Below, one piece after another: positions 13,000 to 26,400 of a stretch of DNA of 64,000 nucleotides. The stretch lies in assembly GCF_009914755.1 (NCBI RefSeq), contig NC_060929.1, one strand, 5' to 3'. The notes under the pieces were generated by a model, which saw only the letters and a list, made by a program, of their open reading frames with translations, did no database searches and was not told where the DNA came from. Position numbers and translations under genes: made by a program. Within the stretch, counting starts at the first letter, position 1, and every line of letters begins with the position of its first letter. This DNA comes from the human T2T-CHM13v2.0 reference genome, Homo sapiens.

Positions 13000-15900
13000 T
13001 CCATTTCGTTCCATTCCATTCTATTCAGTACCATTCCATTCCATTCCATTCCATTGCATTCCATTCCATTCCATGACATTCCACTCGGGTTGATTCCATT
13101 CCTTTCCACTCCATTCGGCGTGAATCCATTCCATTCCTTTCCATTCCATTCCATTCCTTTCCTTTCCATTGCACTCGGCTTGATTCCTTTCCATTCCATT
13201 CCATTCCATTCCATTCCATTCCATTCCATTCTATTTCACTCCATTCCATTCGGGGTGATTCCATTCCATTTCATTCCATTCCATTCCATTCCATTCCATT
13301 CCATTCCATTCCACTCTGTTTGATTCAGTTCCATTCCATTCCATTCCACACGATTTGATTCCATTCCATTCTATTCCGTTTCATTCCATTCCACGCCATA
13401 GGATTCCATTACATTCCATTCCACTCGGGTACATTCCATTCCATTCCATTCCACTCCATTCCGTTCCATTCCATTCCATTCTGGTAGATTCCATTCCATT
13501 CCATTCCATTCCATTCCATTCCATTCCATTCCATTACATTGCACTCGGGTTGATTCCATTAATTTCCATTCCACTCAAATACATTGCCTTCCATTCCACT
13601 CGGAATGATTCCATTCCATTCCATTCCAATCCATTGCATTCCATTCCATTTCATTCCATTCCATTCCATTCCATTCCAATTGGGTTGAATCCATTCCATT
13701 CCATTTCGTTCCATTCCATTCTATTCCGTACCATTCCGTTCCATTCCATTCCATGCCATTCCACTCGGGTTGATTCCTTTCCATTCCATTCCATTCGGGT
13801 TGATTATATTCCATTCCATTCCATTCCATTCCATTCCATTCCATTGCACTCGGGTTGATTCCATTCCATTCCAATACATTCCATTCAATTCCATTCCATT
13901 CCACTGAATTCCATTGGGGATGATTCCATTCCATTCCATTCCATTCCATTCCATTCCCTTCCATTCCACTCGCGTTGATTCCATTCCTTTCCATTCCACT
14001 GGATTACATTCCCCTCCATTCCACTCGGAATGATTCCATTCAATTCCATTGCATTCCATTCCAATCGATTCCATTCCATTCCTTTCCACTCGAGTTGATT
14101 CCATTCCATTCCATTCCATTCCATTCCATTCTATTCCATTCCATTCCTTTCCATTCCATTACATTCCATTCTATTCGGGTTGATTCTATTCAATTCCTTT
14201 ACCCTCCATTCCATTCAATTCCATTACACACAATTCCATTTCATTCCATTCCATTCCAATTGGTTGAATCCATTTCATTCCATTTCGTTCTATTCCATTC
14301 TATTCCGTACCATTCAATTCCATTCCATTCCTTTCCATTCCATGCCATTCCACTCGGGTTGATTCCATTTCATTCCATTCTATTCGGGTTGATTCCATTC
14401 CATTCCATCCCATTCCATTCCATTCCATTGCAATCGAGTTGATTCCATTTCATTCCATTCCATTCCATTCCATTGCATTCCATTCCATTCCTTTCCATTC
14501 CATTCCACTCGAGTTGATTCCATTCTATTCTTTTCCATTCCATTCCATTCCCTTCCATTCCACTCTGGGTGATTCCATTCCTTTCCATTCCACTCGAATA
14601 CATTCCCTTCTATTCAACTGGGAATGATTCCATTCCATTCCATTGCATTCCATTCCATTCCATGCCATTCCACTCGGGTTGATTCCATTCCTTTCCACTC
14701 CATTCGGGTTGAATCCATTCCATTCCATTCCATTCCATTCTGGTAGATTCCATTCCATTCCATTCCATTACATTATTTTCCATTACATTACATTACATTA
14801 CATTACATTGCACTCGGGTTGATTCCATTCCTTTCCATTCCACTCGATTACATTCCCTTCTATTCCACTCGGAATGATTCCATTCCATTCCATTCCATTC
14901 CAACTGAGTTGAATCCATTCCATTCCATTTCATTCCATTCCATTCTATTCCCTACCATTCCATTCCTTTCCATTCCATTCCATTCCATGCCATTCCACTC
15001 GGGTTGATTCCATTCCACTCCATTCCATTCGGGTTGATTCCATTCCATTCCATTCCATTGCATACCATTGCTCTCGGGTTGATTCCATTCCATTCCATTC
15101 CATTCCATTCCATTCCTTTCCATTCCTTTCCTTTCCATTCCACTCGGGTTGATTCCATTCCATTCCTTTCCATTCCATTCCATTCCCTTCCATTCCACTC
15201 GGGTTGATTCAATTCCTTTCCATTCCACTCGATTACATTCCCTTCCATTCCACTCGGAATGATTCCATTCCATTCCATTCCCTTCCATTCCCTTCCATTG
15301 CATTCCATTCCAATCCATTCCATTCCATTCCATTCCACTCTAGTTGATTCCATTCCATTCCATTCCATTCCGTTCCATTCCATTCCATTCCATTCGGGTT
15401 GATTCTATTCAATTCCTTTACACTCCATTAAATTCTATTCAATTCCACACAATTGCATTTCATTCCTTTCCATTCCATTCCATTCAATTCCATTCCATTC
15501 CATTCCATTGTACTCGAGTTGATTCCATTCCATTCCATTCCATTCCATTCCATTCCATTCCTTTCCATTCCATTCCACTCTGGTTGATTCCATTCTATTC
15601 TTTTACATTCCATTCCTTTCCCTTCCGTTCCACTCGGGTGGATTCCATTCCTTTCCATTCCACTCGAATACATTCCCTTCTTATCCACTCGGAATGATTC
15701 CAATCCATTCCATTCCATTCCATTTCGTTCCATTCCATTCTATTCCGTACCATTCCATTCCATTCCTTTCCATTCTTTTCCATTCCATGCCATTTCACTC
15801 GGGTTGATTCCATTCCTTTCCATTACCTTCGGGTTGAATACATTCCATTCCATTCCATTCCTTTTGATTCCATTCTGTTGCACTCGGGGTGATTCCATTC

Positions 15901-18900
15901 CATTCCGTTCCATTCCATTCCATTCCGCTCCATTCCATTCGGGATGATTCCATTCCATTCCATTCCTTTCCCTTCCATTCCATTCCACTCTGTTTGTTTC
16001 AGTTCCATTCCATTCCATTCCATTCCATTCCATTCGGGTTGATTCCATTTCTTTCCATTCCACTCGATTACATTACCTTCCATTCCACTCGGAATGATTC
16101 CATTCCATTCCATTCCATTCCATTGCATGCCATTCCATTCCATTCCATTCCACTCGAGTTGATTCCATTCCATTCCATTCCATTCCATTCCATTCCATTC
16201 CATTCCATTCCATTCCTTAACATTCCATTCCATTCCATTCCGGTTGATTCTTTTCAATTCCTTTACACTCTATTCCATTCCATTCCATTCCACACAATTC
16301 CATTCCATTCCATTCCACTCCAATTGGGTTGAATCCATTTCATTCCATTTCGTTCCATTCCATTCTATTCCGTACCATTGCATTCCATTCATTTCCTTAC
16401 CATTCCATGCCATTCCAATCGGGTTGATTCCATTTCATTCCTTTCTATTCGGGTTGATTCCATTCCATTCCATTCCATTCCATTCCATTCCATTCCATTC
16501 CATTCCATTCCGTTCCATTGCACTCGAGTTGATTCCATTCCATTCCATTCCATTCCATTTCATTCCTTTCCATTCCATTCCACTCGGGTTGATTCCATTC
16601 CTTTCCATTCCACTCGAATACATTCCCTTCTATTACACTCGGAATGATTCCATTCCATTCCATTCCATTCCATTCCATTCCATTCCATTCCATTCCATTT
16701 CGTTCCATTCCATTCTATTCAGTACCATTCCATTCCATTCCATTCCATTGCATTCCATTCCATTCCATGACATTCCACTCGGGTTGATTCCATTCCTTTC
16801 CACTCCATTCGGGGTGAATCCATTCCATTCCTTTCCATTCCATTCCATTCCTTTCCTTTCCATTGCACTCGGGTTGATTCCATTCCATTCCATTCCATTC
16901 CATTCCATTCCATTCCATTCCATTCCATTCCATTCCATTCTATTCCACTCCATTCCATTCGGGGTGATTCCATTCCATTCCATTCCATTCCATTCCATTC
17001 CATTCCATTCCACTCTGTTTGATTCAGTTCCATTCCATTCCATTCCACACGATTTGATTCCATTCCATTCTATTCCGTTTCATTCCATTACACGCCATAG
17101 GATTCCATTACATTCCATTCCACTTGGGTACATTCCATTCCATTCCATTCCATTCCGTTCCAGTCCATTCCATTCTGGTACATTCCATTCCATTCCATTC
17201 CATTCCATTCCATTCCATTCCATTCCATTCCATTCCATTCCATTACATTACATTACATTAAATTGCCCTCGGGTTGATTCCATTAATTTCCATTCCACTC
17301 GAATACATTCCCGTCCATTCCACTCGGAATGATTTCATTCCATTCCATTCCAATCCATTGCATTCCATTCCATTCCATTCCATTCCAATTGGGTTGAATC
17401 CATTCCATTCCATTTCGTTCCATTCCATTCTATTCCGTACCATTCCGTTCCGTTCCATTCCATGCCATTCCACTCGGGTTGATTCCTTTCCATTCCATTC
17501 CATTCGGGTTGAATCCATTCCATTCCTTTCCATTCCATTCCATTCCATTGCACTCGGGTTGATTCCATTCCATTCCACTACATTCCATATAATTCCATTC
17601 CATTCCACTCCATTCCATTCGGGATGATTCCATTCCATTCCATTCCATTCCATTCCATTCCATTCCATTCCCTTCCATTCCACTCACGTTGATTCCATTC
17701 CTTTCCATTCCACTGGATTACATTCCCCTCCATTCCACTCGGAATGATTCCATTCAATTCCATTGCATTCCATTCCAATCGATTCCATTCCATTCCTTTC
17801 CACTCGAGTTGATTCCATTCCTTTCCATTGCATTCCATTCTATTCCATTACATTCCATTCTATTCGGGTTGATTCTATTCAATTCCTTTACCCTCCATTC
17901 CATTCAATTCCATTACACACAATTCCATTTCATTCCATTCCATTCCAATTGGGTTGAATCCATTTCATTCCATTTCGTTCTATTCCATTCTATTCCGTAC
18001 CATTCAATTCCATTCCATTCCTTTCCATTCCACGCCATTCCACTCGTGTTGATTCCATTTCATTCCATTCTATTCGGGTTGATTCCATTCCATTCCATCC
18101 CATTCCATTCCATTCCATTGCAATCGAGTTGATTCCATTTCATTCCATTCCATTCCATTCCATTGCATTCCATTCAATTCCTTTCCATTCCATTCCACTC
18201 GAGTTGATTCCATTCTATTCTTTTCCATTCCATTCCATTCCCTTCCATTCCACTCGGGGTGATTCCATTCCTTTCCATTCCACTCGAATACATTCCCTTC
18301 TATTCAACTGGTAATGATTCCATTCCATTCCATTGCATTCCATTCCATTCCATGCCATTCCACTCGGGTTGATTCCATTTCTTTCCACTCCATTCAGGTT
18401 GAATCCATTCCATTCCATTCCATTCCATTCTGGTAGATTCCATTCCATTCCATTCCATTCCATTCCATTACATTATTTTCCATTACATTACATTACATTA
18501 CATTGCACTCGGGTTGATTCCATTCCTTTCCATTCCACTCGATTACATTCCCTTCTATTCCACGTGGAATGATTCCATTCCATTCCATTCCATTCCAACT
18601 GAGTTGAATCCATTCCATTCCATTTCGTTCCATTCCATTCTATTCCCTACCATTCCATTCCTTTCCATTCCATTCCATTCCATGCCATTCCACTCGGGTT
18701 GATTCCATTCCACTCCATTCCATTCGGGTTGATTCCATTCCATTCCATTCCATTCCATTCCATTCCATTCCATTCCTTTCCATTCCTTTCCTTTCCATTC
18801 CACTCGGGTTGATTCCATTCCATTCCTTTCCATTCCATTCCATTCCCTTCCATTCCACTCGGGTTGATTCAATTCCTTTCCATTCCACTCGATTACATTC

Positions 18901-21900
18901 CCTTCCATTCCACTCGGAATGATTCCATTCCATTCCATTCCCTTCCATTCCCTTCCATTGCATTCCATTCCAATCCATTCCATTCCATTCCATTCCACTC
19001 TAGTTGATTCCATTCCATTCCATTCCATTCCGTTCCATTCCATTCCATTCCATTCGGGTTGATTCTATTCAATTCCTTTACACTCCATTAAATTCTATTC
19101 AATTCCACACAATTGCATTTCATTCCATTCCATTCCATTCCATTCAATTCCATTCCATTCCATTCCATTGTACTCGAGTTGATTCCATTCCATTCCATTC
19201 CATTCCATTCCATTCCTTTCCATTCCATTCCACTCTGGTTGATTCCATTCTATTCTTTTACATTCCATTCCTTTCCCTTCCATTCCACTCGGGTGGATTC
19301 CATTCCTTTCCATTCCACTCGAATACATTCCCTTCTTATCCACTCGGAATGATTCCAATCCATTCCATTCCATTCCATTTCGTTCCATTCCATTCTATTC
19401 CGTACCATTCCATTCCATTCCTTTCCATTCTTTTCCATTCCATGCCATTTCACTCGGGTTGATTCCATTCCTTTCCATTCCCTTCGGGTTGAATACATTC
19501 CATTCCATTCCATTCCTTTTGATTCCATTCTGTTGCACTCGGGGTGATTCCATTCCATTCCGTTCCATTCCATTCCATTCCGCTCCATTCCATTCGGGAT
19601 GATTCCATTCCATTCCATTCCTTTCCCTTCCATTCCATTCCACTCTGTTTGTTTCAGTTCCATTCCATTCCATTCCTTTCCATTCCATTCCATTCCATTC
19701 GGGTTGATTCCATTTCTTTCCATTCCACTCGATTACATTACCTTCCATTCCACTCGGAATGATTCCATTCCATTCCATTCCATTCCATTGCATTCCATTC
19801 CATTCCATTCCATTCCACTCGAGTTGATTCCATTCCATTCCATTCCATTCCATTCCATTCCATTCCATTCCTTAACATTCCATTCCATTCCATTCGGGTT
19901 GATTCTTTTCAATTCCTTTACACTCTATTCCATTCCATTCCATTCCACACAATTCCATTCCATTCCATTCCACTCCAATTGGGTTGAATCCATTTCATTC
20001 CATTTCGTTCCATTCCATTCTATTCCGTACCATTGCATTCCATTCATTTCCTTACCATTCCATGCCATTCCAATCGGGTTGATTCCATTTCATTCCTTTC
20101 TATTCGGGTTGATTCCATTCCATTCCATTCCATTCCATTCCATTCCATTCCGTTCCATTGCACTCGAGTTGATTCCATTCCATTCCATTCCATTCCATTT
20201 CATTCCTTTCCATTCCATTCCACTCGTGTTGATTCCATTCTATTCCTTTCCATTCCATTCCATTCCCTTCCATTCCACTCGGGTTGATTCCATTCCTTTC
20301 CATTCCACTCGAATACATTCCCTTCTATTACACTCGGAATGATTCCATTCCATTCCATTCCATTCCATTCCATTCCATTCCATTCCATTTCGTTCCATTC
20401 CATTCTATTCAGTACCATTCCATTCCATTCCATTCCATTCCATTCCATTCCATTCCATGACATTCCACTCGGGTTGATTCCATTCCTTTCCACTCCATTC
20501 GGGGTGAATCCATTCCATTCCTTTCCATTCCATTCCATTCCTTTCCTTTCCATTGCACTCGGGTTGATTCCATTCCATTCCATTCCATTCCATTCCATTC
20601 CATTCCATTCTATTCCACTCCATTCCATTCGGGGTGATTCCATTCCATTCCATTCCATTCCATTCCATTCCATTCCATTCCATTTCATTCCATTCCATTC
20701 CATTCCATTCCATTCCACTCTGTTTGATTCAGTTCCATTCCATTCCATTCCACACGATTTGATTCTATTCCATTCTATTCCGTTTCATTCCATTCCATGC
20801 CAAAGGATTCCATTACATTCCATTCCACTCGGGTACATTCCATTCCATTCCATTCCATTCCATTCCATTCCATTCCGTTCCATTCCATTCCATTCTGGTA
20901 GATTCCATTCCATTCCATTCCATTCCATTCCATTCCATTACATTACATTACATTGCACTCGGGTTGATTCCATTAATTTCCATTCCACTCGAATACATTG
21001 CCTTCCATTCCACTCGGAATGATTCCATTCCATTCCATTCCAATCCATTGCATTCCATTCCATTCCATTCCATTCCATTCCATTCCATTCCATTCCAATT
21101 GGGTTGAATCCATTCCATTCCATTTCGTTCCATTCCATTCTATTCCGTACCATTCCGTTCCATTCCATTCCATGCCATTCCACTCAGGTTGATTCCTTTC
21201 CATTCCATTCCATTCGGGTTGATTATATTCCATTCCATTCCATTCCATTCCATTCCATTCCATTCCATTCCATTGCACTCGGGTTGATTCCATTCCATTC
21301 CAATACATTCCATTCAATTCCATTCCATTCCACTGAATTCCATTGGGGATGATTCCATTCCATTCTATTCCATTCCATTCCATTCCCTTCCATTCCACTC
21401 GCGTTGATTCCATTCCTTTCCATTCCACTGGATTACATTCTCCTCCATTCCACTCGGAATGATTCCATTCAATTCCATTGCATTCCATTCCAATCGATTC
21501 CATTCCATTCCTTTCCACTCGAGTTGATTCCATTCCATTCCATTCCATTCCATTCCATTCCATTCCATTCCATTCTATTCCATTCCATTCCTTTCCATTC
21601 CATTACATTCCATTCTATTCGGGTTGATTCTATTCAATTCCTTTACCCTCCATTCCATTCAATTCCATTACACTCAATTCCATTTCATTCCATTCCATTC
21701 CAGTTGGGTTGAATCCATTTCATTCTATTTCGTTCTATTCCATTCTATTCCGTACCATTCAATTCCATTCCATTCCTTTCCATTCCATGCCATTCCACTC
21801 GGGTTGATTCCATTTCATTCCATTCTATTCGGGTTGATTCCATTCCATTCCATCCCATTCCATTCCATTCCATTGCAATCGAGTTGATTCCATTTCATTC

Positions 21901-24900
21901 CATTCCATTCCATTCCATTGCATTCCATTCCATTCCTTTCCATTCCATTCCACTCGAGTTGATTCCATTCTATTCTTTTCCATTCCATTCCATTCCCTTC
22001 CATTCCACTCTGGGTGATTCCATTCCTTTCCATTCCACTCGAATACATTCCCTTCTATTCAACTGGGAATGATTCCATTCCATTCCATTGCATTCCATTC
22101 CATTCCATGCCATTCCACTCGGGTTGATTCCATTCCTTTCCACTCCATTCGGGTTGAATCCATTCCATTCCATTCCATTCTGGTAGATTCCATTCCATTC
22201 CATTCCATTCCATTCCATTCCATTATTTTCCATTACATTACATTACATTACATTGCACTCGGGTTGATTCCATTCCTTTCCATTCCACTCGATTACATTC
22301 CCTTCTATTCCACGCGGAATGATTCCATTCCATTCCATTCCATTCCAACTGAGTTGAATCCATTCCATTCCATTTCGTTCCATTCCATTCTATTCCCTAC
22401 CATTCCATTCCTTTCCATTCCATTCCATTCCATGCCATTCCACTCGGGTTGATTCCATTCCACTCCATTCCATTCGGGTTGATTCCATTCCATTCCATTC
22501 CATTGCATACCATTGCTCTCGGGTTGATTCCAATCCATTGCATTCCATTCCATTCCATTCCTTTCCATTCCTTTCCTTTCCATTCCACTCGGGTTGATTC
22601 CATTCCATTCCTTTCCATTCCATTACATTCCCTTCCATTCCACTCGGAATGATTCCATTCCATTCCATTCCCTTCCATTCCCTTCCATTGCATTCCATTC
22701 CAATCCATTCCATTCCATTCCATTCCACTCTAGTTGATTCCATTCCATTCCATTCCATTCCGTTCCATTCCATTCCATTCCATTCGGGTTGATTCTATTC
22801 AATTCCTTTACACTCCATTAAATTCTATTCAATTCCACACAATTGCATTTCATTCCATTCCATTCCATTCCATTCAATTCCATTCCATTCCATTCCATTG
22901 TACTCGAGTTGATTCCATTCCATTCCATTCCATTCCATTCCATTCCTTTCCATTCCATTCCACTCTGGTTGATTCCATTCTATTCTTTTACATTCCATTC
23001 CTTTCCCTTCCATTCCACTCGGGTGGATTCCATTCCTTTCCATTCCACTCGAATACATTCCCTTCTTATCCACTCGGAATGATTCCAATCCATTCCATTC
23101 CATTCCATTTCGTTCCATTCCATTCTATTCCGTACCATTCCATTCCATTCCTTTCCATTCTTTTCCATTCCATGCCATTTCACTCGGGTTGATTCCATTC
23201 CTTTCCATTCCCTTCGGGTTGAATACATTCCATTCCATTCCATTCCTTTTGATTCCATTCTGTTGCACTCGGGGTGATTCCATTCCATTCCATTCCATTC
23301 CATTCCATTCCGCTCCATTCCATTCGGGATGATTCCATTCCATTCCATTCCTTTCCCTTCCATTCCATTCCACTCTGTTTGTTTCAGTTCCATTCCATTC
23401 CATTCCTTTCCATTCCATTCCATTCCATTCGGGTTGATTCCATTTCTTTCCATTCCACTCGATTACATTACCTTCCATTCCACTCGGAATGATTCCATTC
23501 CATTCCATTCCATTCCGTTGCATTCCATTCCATTCCATTCCATTCCACTCGAGTTGATTCCATTCCATTCCATTCCATTCCATTCCATTCCATTCCATTC
23601 CATTCCTTAACATTCCATTCCATTCCATTCGGGTTGATTCTTTTCAATTCCTTTACACTCTATTCCATTCCATTCCATTCCACACAATTCCATTCCATTC
23701 CATTCCACTCCAATTGGGTTGAATCCATTTCATTCCATTTCGTTCCATTCCATTCTATTCCGTACCATTGCATTCCATTCATTTCCTTACCATTCCATGC
23801 CATTCCAATCGGGTTGATTCCATTTCATTCCTTTCTATTCGGGTTGATTCCATTCCATTCCATTCCATTCCATTCCATTCCATTCCATTCCATTCCGTTC
23901 CATTGCACTCGAGTTGATTCCATTCCATTCCATTCCATTCCATTTCATTCCTTTCCATTCCATTCCACTCGTGTTGATTCCATTCTATTCCTTTCCATTC
24001 CATTCCATTCCCTTCCATTCCACTCGGGTTGATTCCATTCCTTTCCATTCCACTCGAATACATTCCCTTCTATTACACTCGGAATGATTCCATTCCATTC
24101 CATTCCATTCCATTCCATTCCATTTCGTTCCATTCCATTCTATTCAGTACCATTCCATTCCATTCCATTCCATTGCATTCCATTCCATTCCATGACATTC
24201 CACTCGGGTTGATTCCATTCCTTTCCACTCCATTCGGGGTGAATCCATTCCATTCCTTTCCATTCCATTCCATTCCTTTCCTTTCCATTGCACTCGGGTT
24301 GATTCCATTCCATTCCATTCCATTCCATTCCATTCCATTCCATTCCATTCTATTCCACTCCATTCCATTCGGGGTGATTCCATTCCATTCCATTCCATTC
24401 CATTCCATTCCATTCCACTCTGTTTGATTCAGTTCCATTCCATTCCATTCCACACGATTTGATTCCATTCCATTCTATTCCGTTTCATTCCATTCCACGC
24501 CATAGGATTCCATTACATTCCATTCCACTCAGGTACATTCCATTCCATTCCATTCCATTCCGTTCCATTCCATTCCATTCTGGTAGATTCCATTCCATTC
24601 CATTCCATTCCATTCCATTCCATTCCATTACGTTACATTGCACTCGGGTTGATTCCATTAATTTCCATTCCACTCGAATACATTGCCTTCCATTCCACTC
24701 GGAATGATTCCATTCCATTCCATTCCAATCCATTGCATTCCATTCCATTCCATTCCATTCCATTCCATTCCATTCCATTCCATTCCAATCCATTCCATTC
24801 CATTCCATTCCATTCCATTCCATTCCATTCCATTCCATTCCATTCCATTCCAATTGGGTTGAATCCATTCCATTCCATTTCGTTCCATTCCATTCTATTC

Positions 24901-25600
24901 CGTACCATTCCGTTCCATTCCATTCCATGCCATTCCACTCGGGTTGATTCCTTTCCATTCCATTCCATTCGGGTTGATTATATTCCATTCAATTCCATTC
25001 CATTCCATTCCATTGCACTCGGGTTGATTCCATTCCATTCCAATACATTCCATTCAATTCCATTCCATTCCACTGAATTCCATTGGGGATGATTCCATTC
25101 CATTCCGTTCCATTCCATTCCATTCCCTTCCATTCCACTCGCGTTGATTCCATTCCTTTCCATTCCACTGGATTACATTCCCCTCCATTCCACTCGGAAT
25201 GATTCCATTCAATTGCATTGCATTCCATTCCAATCGATTCCATTCCATTCCTTTCCACTCGAGTTGATTCCATTCCATTCCATTCCATTCCATTCCATTC
25301 CATTCCATTCTATTCCATTCCATTCCTTTCCATTCCATTACATTCCATTCTATTCGGGTTGATTCTATTCAATTCCTTTACCCTCCATTCCATTCAATTC
25401 CATTACACACAATTCCATTTCATTCCATTCCATTCCAATTGGGTTGAATCCATTTCATTCCATTTCGTTCTATTCCATTCTATTCCGTACCATTCAATTC
25501 CATTCCATTCCTTTCCATTCCATGCCATTCCACTCGGGTTGATTCCATTTCATTCCATTCTATTCGGGTTGATTCCATTCCATTCCATCCCATCCCATTC
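13000..25600 (+). repeat. Local array of a ~3.7 kb higher-order unit (~3.4 copies)
   Basis: ORF series 13021/16715/20405/24140, 13975/17689/21404/25144 and 15344/19004/22734. The marker ccattaaattctattcaattccacacaattgc occurs at ~15425, ~19085 and ~22815. Confidence 0.9.
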
Positions 25601-26400
25601 CATTCCATTCCATTCCATTCCATTCCATTCCATTCCATTGCATTCCAATTGGGTTGAATCCATTCCATTCCATTTCGTTCCATTCCATTCTATTCCGTAC
25701 CATTCCGTTCCATTCCATTCCATGCCATTCCACTCGGGTTGATTCCTTTCCATTCCATTCCATTCGGGTTGATTATATTCCATTCCATTCCATTCCATTC
25801 CATTCCATTGCACTCGGGTTGATTCCATTCCATTCCAATACATTCCATTCAATTCCATTCCATTCCACTGAATTCCATTGGGGATGATTCCATTCTATTC
25901 CATTCCATTCCATTCCATTCCATTCCATTCCATTCCCTTCCATTCCATTCGCGTTGATTCTATTCCTTTCCATTCCACTGGATTACATTCCCCTCCATTC
26001 CACTCGGAATGATTCCATTCAATTCCATTCCATTCCATTCCAATCGATTCCATTCCATTCCTTTCCACTCGAGTTGATTCCATTCCATTCCATTCCATTC
26101 CATTCCATTCTATTCCATTCCATTCCTTTCCATTCCATTACATTCCATTCTATTCGGGTTGATTCTATTCAATTCCTTTACCCTCCATTCCATTCAATTC
26201 CATTACATACAATTCCATTTCATTCCATTGCATTCCAATTGGGTTGAATCCATTTCATTCCATTTCGTTCTATTCCATTCTATTCCGTACCATTCAATTC
26301 CATTCCATTCCTTTCCATTCCATGCCATTCCACTCGGGTTGATTCCATTTCATTCCATTCTATTCGGGTTGATTCCATTCCATTCCATCCCATTCCATTC
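24850..26400 (+). repeat. ~0.8 kb tandem duplication
   Basis: GAATTC sites at 25075 and 25870; ORFs 25144/25954. The same pair is in copy 2 (52586/53381). Confidence 0.8.

Noticed and set aside
13549-13565. Possible DUX4 site (minus strand TAATGGAATCA)
   Set aside because: It has purines where the TAAYYYAATCA consensus has pyrimidines, and is likely a chance variant of the decamer flank.
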